Part shown: positions 55,601 through 63,487 of the stretch, one piece after another
Layout: each line of letters begins with the position of its first letter
Position numbering within the stretch: the first letter of the stretch is position 1
DNA from: Smithellaceae bacterium
GTDB taxonomy: Bacteria > Desulfobacterota > Syntrophia > Syntrophales > Smithellaceae
DNA: 64,000 nucleotides
Reading direction: 5' to 3'
Assembly: GCA_028693285.1 (NCBI GenBank)
Contig: JAQUVQ010000005.1
Location: 19,160-83,159, forward strand
Notes under the pieces: model-generated
Databases searched by the model: none
What the model was told of the DNA's origin: nothing
The model's input: only the letters and a program-made list of their open reading frames with translations
Program-made: the position numbers and the translations under genes

Positions 55601-56854
55601 ATGATGAAGGATGTGGTTATTGTTTCAGCCTGCCGGACGGCGATCGGTTCGTTCGGCGGATCGTTAAGGGATCTGCATGTGGTGGATCTTGCGAGCGTTG
55701 CGATGAGAGAGGCCATCCGGCGGTCCGGCGTAGCTCCGGAGCTGATTGACGACGTCCGCTTCGGAAATTGTTTTGAGCCGTACAATTCGCTCAACCTTAC
55801 CCGGATCGCGGCGCTGAAGGCGGGGGTTCCGAATACGTCGGTTGCCGTCACGATCAACCGGGTGTGCATTTCGGGCATGGAAGCCACGATCTCCGGAATG
55901 GCCATGATTCAGGCCGGCCTGGCGGATATTATTCTCTCCGGGGGCGCCGAGCACATGTCGGGCATCGCCTATGCCGTTCCCGGCGCGCGCTGGGGCTGCC
56001 GGCTGCAGAACAGCACGCTGGACGACCAACTCATTGAAGGCCTGATGTGCGGATCCAGAATTCTTCCCGCTCCCGCGGACAGCCCTCTGGCCGGAGGAAT
56101 GCCCTACGACCTGTACAAAGGCAAACCCTACATCATGGGGCACACCGCGGAATTTATCGCCCAGATGTACGGCATTTCCCGCGAAGAAATGGACGAAGTC
56201 GCCCTGCGCAGCCACAATAACGTGGAGCGCGCCACGAAGGAGGGGGATTTCGCCGAAGAAATCGTTCCGGTCGAGATTCCGCAGAAAAAAGGGAAGCCGC
56301 CCAAGATTTTTGACAAGGATGAACATTTCCGGCCCGGCATTACGCTGGAAGACCTGCGCAATCTTCCGCCGGCCTTCATTCCCAAAACCGGCAAGGTTAC
56401 GGCGGGAAACGCTTCGGGTCTGAACGACGCGGCCAGCGCCACCGTCATCATGTCCATGGAGAAAGCGAAGGAGCTGGGCCTCAAGCCCCTGGCCAAGATC
56501 AAGGCGGTCGGATACGGCGGATGCGACCCGTCCGTCATGGGACTGAGCCCCGTCCCCGCGGTTCGAAGCCTGATGAAGCGCTCCGGCCTGAAGCTGGAGG
56601 ATTTTGAGCTGATCGAGGTGAACGAAGCGTTCGCCGCCCAGTACCTGGGATGTGAAAAAGAGCTGAAAATCAACCGGGAGATTACGAACGTGAACGGCTC
56701 CGGAATCGGCCTGGGCCATCCGGTCGGCGCAACCGGCAACCGGATCATGGTAACGCTCATCCACGCGATGAAAAAGCGCAAAAAGACGCTGGGCCTCGCC
56801 ACGCTGTGCGGCGGGGGAGGCGTTTCCATCGCAACGGCCATTGAAATGCTGTAA
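55601..56854 (+). CDS. Acetyl-CoA C-acyltransferase (canonical degradative thiolase)
   Basis: It has all the thiolase signatures: INRVCISGMEA (Cys nucleophile), NVNGSGIGLGHPVGATG (His) and LCGGGGVS (second Cys). Confidence 0.95.
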   Translation: MMKDVVIVSACRTAIGSFGGSLRDLHVVDLASVAMREAIRRSGVAPELIDDVRFGNCFEPYNSLNLTRIAALKAGVPNTSVAVTINRVCISGMEATISGMAMIQAGLADIILSGGAEHMSGIAYAVPGARWGCRLQNSTLDDQLIEGLMCGSRILPAPADSPLAGGMPYDLYKGKPYIMGHTAEFIAQMYGISREEMDEVALRSHNNVERATKEGDFAEEIVPVEIPQKKGKPPKIFDKDEHFRPGITLEDLRNLPPAFIPKTGKVTAGNASGLNDAASATVIMSMEKAKELGLKPLAKIKAVGYGGCDPSVMGLSPVPAVRSLMKRSGLKLEDFELIEVNEAFAAQYLGCEKELKINREITNVNGSGIGLGHPVGATGNRIMVTLIHAMKKRKKTLGLATLCGGGGVSIATAIEML

Positions 56855-56899
56855 GCGGTCCGGCGGCAAACACCGGCCCGTCATCGGGGAGGGAAGACC

Positions 56900-57712
56900 A
56901 TGAAGGATTTGCGGGGTAAAATTGCCCTGGTTACGGGCGCGGCGATGGGCATGGGCCGGAGTTTGTCGGAGGATTTCCTCAGGGAAGGATGCGCGGTCGC
57001 GCTGGTGGACGTGAACGGACCGGCGCTTGCGGAGGCCCAAGCCGAGCTTGCGAAAACAGGCAGGTGCGCCGCCTTCGTCTGCGATATTTCCAACAGGGAG
57101 GCGGTTTACGAGCTGGCCCGCCGGGTGGAAAAGGAATTCGGTCCGGTCGATATTCTGGTCAACAACGCCGGCATCGTCAAGGCCCGGGAGCTGCTCGATC
57201 TTTCCGACGACGACATTGAAAAAACCATCCGCATCAATCTCACCGCCCAGTTCTGGACGTGCAAGGCGTTTCTGCCCTCCATGATTCAAAGGGGAGGCGG
57301 CCATATCGTCAACTTCGCCTCGGCGGGCGGCATTCTGTCTCTTCCCAATCTTTCCGCTTACTGCGCAAGCAAATTCGGCGTGGTGGGCTTCTCCGATTCA
57401 CTGCGCCAGGAAATGAAAAAACATCAGTACAACATCGGGGTCACCTACGTATGCCCCAACACGGTGAATACCGGCATGTTTGAAGGATCAAAGATGGTTG
57501 CGGGCACCAGAATGCTTTCCGCCTCCGACGTGACCAAAAAGGTGATCCGGGCCGTCAAGCGCAATCAGGCCATGGTCGCGGTGCCGGATTTTCCCGTGAA
57601 AATCCTGACGCCGCTCACCAAGGTTCTTCTTCCCATCAGGGCGATGGACTGGTTGAACAAAATCATGGGCATGGCCACCTGCAACGATTCGTGGAGAGGC
57701 CGGAGCTGTTAA
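56900..57712 (+). CDS. Short-chain dehydrogenase/reductase (SDR)
   Basis: It has TGAAMGMGRS (TGxxxGxG), NNAG and the YxxxK motif (SAYCASKFG). Confidence 0.9.
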   Translation: MKDLRGKIALVTGAAMGMGRSLSEDFLREGCAVALVDVNGPALAEAQAELAKTGRCAAFVCDISNREAVYELARRVEKEFGPVDILVNNAGIVKARELLDLSDDDIEKTIRINLTAQFWTCKAFLPSMIQRGGGHIVNFASAGGILSLPNLSAYCASKFGVVGFSDSLRQEMKKHQYNIGVTYVCPNTVNTGMFEGSKMVAGTRMLSASDVTKKVIRAVKRNQAMVAVPDFPVKILTPLTKVLLPIRAMDWLNKIMGMATCNDSWRGRSC

Positions 57713-57738
57713 AAAATAAATTTCAGGACGGGAATAAG

Positions 57739-58386
57739 ATGAAAGCATTAAAGGGAATTCTGATTTTTGCCGTTGTTTTGATTTGTCTGTCGGCCGTGGT
57801 GACCGGAATCAATATTCTTCAGAAGGGCGGCGCCTGGGACGGAAGAAGCATGGAGGAGATTCTGGGCGTTGCGCCTCAAAAGGCGACCCTGGAGGACATT
57901 GGCAAGCTCGACAAGGCGGAGATCTTCCAGCTTTACTATGCCGCTTCCGCGCCTTCCTTTCACGATTTCCGGGGCGAATTTGCCGCGGTGACGGTGGATG
58001 TCGGCATTCTGGCGTCCAGCGCGGCTTATTTCACCCATCACTTTTTCGGTCCGGGACGCTGGGAGGGCAAGGCCTTCAACCCGTCTGAAAAAGACAGGGG
58101 ATACGGGTACAATATTTTCAGGGATGCCGGGGGCAAAGTTTACCGGACGCGCAGAATGGACACGGAAATCGGACCGTCGGATTACGACGGCAAACCCGCC
58201 TTCAAACTTAATTACGGCGCCTACAATACAGGGACCGTTCATTCCATGCGCGACGAGATCCGCAGGATCAACGATCATCTGTTTCTCGGTCTCGGGTATA
58301 TGGCGCTGGGCGGAGGGAAAATCAATCCGGCTCCCTTTGCGCTCATCGGGCCGGCGAAGCAATGGGTAGGCGTCGATCAATCCTGA
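57739..58386 (+). CDS. Membrane-anchored GXWXG / DUF4334-like protein
   Basis: The likely start is ATG 57739, giving an N-terminal TM helix (ILIFAVVLICLSAVVTGI). It has a G-R-W-E-G (GxWxG) motif and C-terminal text RRINDHLFLGLGYM resembling DUF4334. Confidence 0.45.
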   Translation: MKALKGILIFAVVLICLSAVVTGINILQKGGAWDGRSMEEILGVAPQKATLEDIGKLDKAEIFQLYYAASAPSFHDFRGEFAAVTVDVGILASSAAYFTHHFFGPGRWEGKAFNPSEKDRGYGYNIFRDAGGKVYRTRRMDTEIGPSDYDGKPAFKLNYGAYNTGTVHSMRDEIRRINDHLFLGLGYMALGGGKINPAPFALIGPAKQWVGVDQS

Positions 58387-58390
58387 GGAC

Positions 58391-60469
58391 ATGAGCATGC
58401 ACTACAACCTCCTTTTTTCAGAAGGCCGGATCGGCAGCGTGATTTTGCGCAACCGCGTGGTTCTTCCTCCCCTGGAAGTGGGGATGGCCAATTTTGACGG
58501 GACCCCCTCGGAACAGCTCGTCGCCTATTATGAAGAACGCGCGAAAAACGGCCTCGGACTGCTGATGACCGGCATTACCCGCGTCAATGAACGTCACGGC
58601 GCGGGCCTGCCGCGCCAGCTGGCCATGACGTCCGATAGGCACATCGAACCCTTTGCCCGCATGGTTGAACGAATTCACCGCCACGGCACAAAAATTTTCT
58701 GCCAGCTTCATCACCCAGGCCGTCAGAGCAATTCGCTGATGATCGGCTCCTGGCCGCTGATGGAACGGATCGGCCGCCTCTGGCCGGGGTACTGGAAATA
58801 TTTTTTCAAGCTGGTGCCCGCGGCGGAAAAATTTGCCCAAACCGGCCTGGTGCCGGCCGTTGTGGCGCCTTCGGCCGTGGCCTGCGAATATTCCAAACAG
58901 AAAACCCGGGCTTTGTCGACCCGGGAAGTCCGCAGCCTGGTGAACGACTTTGTTCGGGCCGCGCGCCGTGTTCAGCAGGCCCGCGCCGATGGCGTGGAAC
59001 TGCACGCCGCCCACGGCTATCTCATCCAGCAGTTTCTGAGCCCCCGCACCAACCGGCGAACGGATGAATACGGCGGATCGATTGAAAACCGCATGCGCTT
59101 CATTCTGGAGATCATCCGCGGCATCCGCGGCCTTTGCGGTCCGGATTTTCCGATCGTTGTCCGTCTGGCGGTGGACGAATACTACCGGTGTGTCGGCCAG
59201 CCCGGCGAGGGCATTGAACTGGCCCTGGGCGTGGAGATCGCAAAACGCCTGGAACAGGCCGGCATCGATGCCATCGATGTTTCCTCGGCCAATTATGAAA
59301 CCATGAACTACTGGCTGGAGCCCGCCTCCTTTGAGACGGGATGGCGCAAGAATCTGGCCCGGGCCGTAAAGGAAGCGGTCGGGATTCCGGTGCTGGCCGC
59401 CAATGTGATTCGCAGCCCGGAACAGGCCGAGGCGCAGCTTCAGGAGGGGTGCCAGGATTTTGTGTGCCTGGGACGACCGCATCTGGCGGATCCGGCCTGG
59501 ACCAGAAAAGCCGCCGAAGGCCGCGAACGGGACATTCGGCGCTGCATCAGCTGCCTGTGGTGCTTTGAATCCTTTCTGACCAATGCCGCCAAAGGCGAGA
59601 CGCTGGAATGCGCCGTCAATCCGCGGCTGGGCCGTGAGCGCGAGACCGCCGAGCCGCTGAAGAACGGAGCCGGCCGCGTGGTGGTCATCATCGGTGCGGG
59701 GCCCGCCGGACTTTCCGCGGCCGGGATTCTGGGCCAGCGCGGATTCAAACCCATCGTTCTGGAAAAGAACGCCGCCGTCGGCGGCCAGCTGCAGCTTGCC
59801 AACAAGCCTCCCAAAAAGGAAAAGATCAACTGGTGCTTTGCCGATCTCGAGCATGCCGCCCTGCAAAACGGGGCTGAAATCCGTCTGAATGCCGAGGCAA
59901 CGCCCGCATCCGTGAAGGCTCTCGCTCCCTATGCCGTCATCATTGCCACCGGAGCGAAAGCCGTCGTCCCGCCCGTCGAAGGCGTTCATCTTCCGCATGT
60001 CTGCACCGTCACCGAAATCCTGAACGGCTCCGTCCGGCTTAAAAATCAGCGGGTCGCCGTGATCGGCTCGGGGATGACCGGCCTGGAAACGGCGGAGAAG
60101 CTGGCGGAGGAAGGCAACCGCGTCCTGGTGGCGGAAATGATGGACCGGATCGCGCCGGGCGTCCATCCGCAGCATCTGGACGATATCCTTCCGCGCCTGA
60201 AAGCCTATTCCGCGGATTTCATCACCGGCCACAAGCTTGCCAAAATTTCGGCCGGCGTCGTTTTTCTGGAAAGCGTTGCCGGCGGAAAACGCCGCGAAGA
60301 AAAGGCCGATGCCGTTGTTCTTTCCGTCGGCGTGCAAAGCAACAGCGCGCTGGCCGCGGCGCTTCAACCTCACTTTCCCAGACTCCGCGTCATCGGCGAT
60401 GCTCGCAGGGTCGGCCGCATTCCCCAAGCCGTGCGGGATGGTTTTGACACAGCCTGGAATTTGATGTAA
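58391..60469 (+). CDS. OYE-family NADH:flavin oxidoreductase with FeS and FAD/NAD domains (2,4-dienoyl-CoA reductase / enoate reductase-like)
   Basis: 692 aa. It has an N-terminal TIM-barrel OYE domain (HHPGRQ, AAHGYLIQQFLSPRTN.RTDEYGGS). The FeS motif is CISCLWC...EC. The C-terminal half carries Rossmann motifs (VVIIGAGPAGLSAA, VAVIGSGMTGLE). Confidence 0.85.
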   Translation: MSMHYNLLFSEGRIGSVILRNRVVLPPLEVGMANFDGTPSEQLVAYYEERAKNGLGLLMTGITRVNERHGAGLPRQLAMTSDRHIEPFARMVERIHRHGTKIFCQLHHPGRQSNSLMIGSWPLMERIGRLWPGYWKYFFKLVPAAEKFAQTGLVPAVVAPSAVACEYSKQKTRALSTREVRSLVNDFVRAARRVQQARADGVELHAAHGYLIQQFLSPRTNRRTDEYGGSIENRMRFILEIIRGIRGLCGPDFPIVVRLAVDEYYRCVGQPGEGIELALGVEIAKRLEQAGIDAIDVSSANYETMNYWLEPASFETGWRKNLARAVKEAVGIPVLAANVIRSPEQAEAQLQEGCQDFVCLGRPHLADPAWTRKAAEGRERDIRRCISCLWCFESFLTNAAKGETLECAVNPRLGRERETAEPLKNGAGRVVVIIGAGPAGLSAAGILGQRGFKPIVLEKNAAVGGQLQLANKPPKKEKINWCFADLEHAALQNGAEIRLNAEATPASVKALAPYAVIIATGAKAVVPPVEGVHLPHVCTVTEILNGSVRLKNQRVAVIGSGMTGLETAEKLAEEGNRVLVAEMMDRIAPGVHPQHLDDILPRLKAYSADFITGHKLAKISAGVVFLESVAGGKRREEKADAVVLSVGVQSNSALAAALQPHFPRLRVIGDARRVGRIPQAVRDGFDTAWNLM

Positions 60470-60502
60470 AAGAAAAAACCCATTAGACAGGAGGATCGGA
60501 TC

Positions 60503-61033
60503 ATGAGCATCATCAAGGACGTTCAATCCGGGAAAAAGCCGCTCAAGCGGGCGTATGTAGCCATTTTTCTGTGGTTCACCGGCCGCGCCATTCAGGCGGC
60601 GGCAAAGGTCGATTCCGAGGTCAAAAAAGAATTCGAAAAACTTCCCGAGGATTTCACCTTTTCTCTGGGCTGTCTGCCCTGCGGCCCCTGGATGGTGGTG
60701 GGCCGGGAAAAGGGCGTCGTGAAGTATCTGGGCGGAGATTCCCGCGGACGGCCCGTGCAGGTTCGCCTGGCCATCAAGAGCCTGGACGCGGGCTTTCTGA
60801 TTCTCTCCTTTCAGGAAAGCACGGCGCTCGCCACGGCGCGCAACCGGCTGATCACGGACGGGGAAATTCCCCAGGCGCTGGCCATTATCCGCATTCTCGA
60901 TATTGTGGAAGTTTACCTTCTGCCCAAGCTCATCGCCTCTCTGGCCGTGAAGCGGTATCCTTCCTGGTGGTCGTTCGGCCGCAAACTCGGCGGCCGCATC
61001 GGTGTTTACACCCGCACGCTGCTGGGCATCTAA
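60503..61033 (+). CDS. Hypothetical protein, possibly SCP2-like
   Basis: 176 aa. The segment TALATARNRLITDGEIPQALAIIRIL resembles the C-terminal SCP2 motif (A...G.l...GD...a). The assignment is tentative. Confidence 0.4.
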   Translation: MSIIKDVQSGKKPLKRAYVAIFLWFTGRAIQAAAKVDSEVKKEFEKLPEDFTFSLGCLPCGPWMVVGREKGVVKYLGGDSRGRPVQVRLAIKSLDAGFLILSFQESTALATARNRLITDGEIPQALAIIRILDIVEVYLLPKLIASLAVKRYPSWWSFGRKLGGRIGVYTRTLLGI

Positions 61034-61048
61034 CGAAAGGAATACGAT

Positions 61049-62215
61049 ATGAATTCCGCAGCCGTTTTTGATTTTACCTGCCCCGTCAAGACCAATTCCG
61101 GAAACAAGGCGCTGGAGCACCTGCCCGTGGAGCTGGCCGGACTCAATGCCGTGAACCCTCTGATCGTCGCCAACGCGCGGGCGGTCGGCCCCAAAGCCGT
61201 CCGGACGCTGATGAACGCATTCGGCGATTCGAAAATGACGCTGGGCCTTTTTGAAGGCGTCACCGAAGCAGCCGATCTCGGCGTCGTGGATCATTTGAAA
61301 AACATCTGCCTGGAAAAAAAATACGATGCCTTCATCGCGCTGGGCGGGGGGAAAGCCGCCGATGTCGCCAAGGTGCTGAATCTTGCGGTTTCGCTGAAAA
61401 CGCCGGACGCGCGGCAGCTTTCGCCCAAGACGCCCGTCCGCAAGCGCCTGCTGCCGCTGGTGGTCGTGCCGACGGCCGGAGCGGACGGCCTGGAAACCTC
61501 GGGCTTTGCCCATCTGAACCGGATGATTTTTTCCTCCGAATTTCTCGCGCCCGGCCTGGCCGTGCTGGATTCGCGCCTGGCGAGAGCAAGAAAAGGAATC
61601 CTGATGGCCGCGACGGGCCTTGCCGCGCTGGGCCGCGCCGTGGAATCGCACGTCAGCGCCGACAGAAACCCTTTCCAGAAAGCCTATTCCTTTGCCGCCG
61701 TCCGCTTTGTCCGGGAAAACCTTCCGGCCGCGGTCGCCGATCCCGGGAATAAAAAGGCGGCGCTTGCCGTGCTCAACGCCGCGGCGATGTCCGGCTGCGC
61801 CTTTTCCAATGCGGCCTCCGGCAGGCTCCACAAACTCGGTCAGGTGTTTTACGAACTGCTGGGCATTCCCCAGGGCGTGATCATGGGCATGTGCCTGTCC
61901 CGCGTTCTGGAAGATGGCTTTCGGGAAGGCTCCTGTGACCCGGCGGCTCTTCTTCAACCCCTGGCCGGAGACGACGCGTTTGCGCGAACACCTGCCGGAA
62001 AGAGGGCGGAGGCCGCTCTTGCCCTCCTGAACCGTTTTCTGGAAGAGCTTCGGGGCGCTCTGGGCAAGGATCTGCCGAAGAGCCTTTCGGAGGCGGGAGT
62101 GTCCGGCTACCGGAAGGAGGAAATTCTGGATGTGCTGGGAAAAGACGAAGACGGCCATTACCTGCGCGGCGTCGTGGAAGGGATGGCCGGAGGAAAACGG
62201 GAAAGGAAGGGGTGA
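61049..62215 (+). CDS. Iron-containing alcohol dehydrogenase-family protein lacking metal ligands
   Basis: It is a Fe-ADH fold with the GGGKAADVAK motif. The ligand motifs read TGLAALGRAVES and LHKLGQ...IPQG where the paralog has TGMDAMSHAVEA and VHNLGH...VPHG. Confidence 0.8.
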   Translation: MNSAAVFDFTCPVKTNSGNKALEHLPVELAGLNAVNPLIVANARAVGPKAVRTLMNAFGDSKMTLGLFEGVTEAADLGVVDHLKNICLEKKYDAFIALGGGKAADVAKVLNLAVSLKTPDARQLSPKTPVRKRLLPLVVVPTAGADGLETSGFAHLNRMIFSSEFLAPGLAVLDSRLARARKGILMAATGLAALGRAVESHVSADRNPFQKAYSFAAVRFVRENLPAAVADPGNKKAALAVLNAAAMSGCAFSNAASGRLHKLGQVFYELLGIPQGVIMGMCLSRVLEDGFREGSCDPAALLQPLAGDDAFARTPAGKRAEAALALLNRFLEELRGALGKDLPKSLSEAGVSGYRKEEILDVLGKDEDGHYLRGVVEGMAGGKRERKG

Positions 62216-62220
62216 TTCCG

Positions 62221-63468
62221 ATGCTTTTGCCGGATTATTATGAGTTCTGCTGTCGTGTGAAAATTGTCGCGGGTCATGACGCCCTGGAAAAAATACCGGA
62301 TCTGCTCATCGAGCGCGGCGCAAAGAAACCACTCGTCATCACGGACAAGGGAGTGGCGGGCGCGGGTCTCATCGATATCGTTTCCCGGGCGCTCGGGGAC
62401 CGCGTGCAGGCGGATCTGATCGCCGACGATGTTCCCCCCGATTCGGATCTCCGGGTCGTCAACCGGCTGGCGCGCCTTTACCGGGACAACGCCTGCGACG
62501 CGATCATCGCCGTCGGCGGCGGTTCCGTCATGGACACGGCCAAGGGGATCAACATCGTTGTTTCGGAAAACGCGGAAGACCTGATGGCCTTCAGCGGCGT
62601 CGGCGCGCTCAAGCGCCCCCTGAAGCCCCTGGTGGCCGTCCCGACCACCGCCGGCACGGGGTCGGAAGTCACGCAGGTGGCCGTTATCAAGGATCACGAG
62701 AAGCATTTGAAGATGGCCTTTGGGAGTTATTTTCTGCTGCCCGACATTTCCATCCTCGATTCCCGAATGACCCTGACGATGCCGCCTTTCATCACGGCCA
62801 TGACCGGCATGGACGCCATGAGCCACGCCGTGGAAGCCTACTATTGCCTTCAGAAAAATCCGCTCTCCGACGCCCACGCGCTTTCCGCCGTCGGCATGAT
62901 TTACCGGCACCTGCCGCTGGTCGTGAAAAATCCGGATGATCGCGAAGGCCGCCTGGCCATGGCGGTCGCCGCCTGCCTGGCGGGCATCGCCTTTTCCAAT
63001 TCCATGGTCGGACTGGTTCACAATCTCGGCCATGCGACCGGCTCCGTCTGCGGCGTTCCCCATGGCCTCTGCATGGCCATCCTTCTGCCCTACGGCCTGG
63101 AGTACAACCTGCACAAAATGGCGGACGTCATGGCGGAGCTCCTGCTTCCCATGGCGGGAGAGCAGGTGTATCTGGCCACGCCTGCGGAGCAGAGAGCCCA
63201 AAAAGTCGTATCCCTGATCCGCGGGCTCAATGAAGACCTCCACGCCATCACCGGCGGACGGCACGCCAGATGCCTGCAGGAGATCAAAGACCGCGAAGGG
63301 AAGCCGTCCGTCCCCCGGGACGTGCTGCCGCAAATCGCCGCCGCTGCGCTGCTCGACGGAGCGTCTATTTACAATCCGGAAGACACGGACTACGAGGACA
63401 ACCTGATGGTGCTGGAAGCGGCCTGGGAAGGGAAGCCTCTGGACAGGTCTCGCGTAAAAAAAGGCTGA
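62221..63468 (+). CDS. Iron-containing alcohol dehydrogenase
   Basis: It has GGGSVMDTAK, TGMDAMSHAVEAY and VHNLGHATGSVCGVPHG, so all four canonical metal ligands are present. The start is ATG 62221 or 62212. Confidence 0.9.
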   Translation: MLLPDYYEFCCRVKIVAGHDALEKIPDLLIERGAKKPLVITDKGVAGAGLIDIVSRALGDRVQADLIADDVPPDSDLRVVNRLARLYRDNACDAIIAVGGGSVMDTAKGINIVVSENAEDLMAFSGVGALKRPLKPLVAVPTTAGTGSEVTQVAVIKDHEKHLKMAFGSYFLLPDISILDSRMTLTMPPFITAMTGMDAMSHAVEAYYCLQKNPLSDAHALSAVGMIYRHLPLVVKNPDDREGRLAMAVAACLAGIAFSNSMVGLVHNLGHATGSVCGVPHGLCMAILLPYGLEYNLHKMADVMAELLLPMAGEQVYLATPAEQRAQKVVSLIRGLNEDLHAITGGRHARCLQEIKDREGKPSVPRDVLPQIAAAALLDGASIYNPEDTDYEDNLMVLEAAWEGKPLDRSRVKKG

Positions 63469-63487
63469 TGAACGAAAGGGAGCAGTC

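Noticed and set aside
58418-62158. A 1246-aa antisense ORF spanning four plus-strand genes
   Set aside because: The three plus-strand genes starting at 58391, 60503 and 61049 share the same frame (coordinate mod 3 = 2). The antisense ORF is in the codon-aligned frame, where stops arise only from the sense codons TTA, CTA and TCA, which are rare in GC-rich genes. Its sequence is low-complexity (G/R/A/H/Q-rich) with no recognisable domain. It is a shadow ORF.
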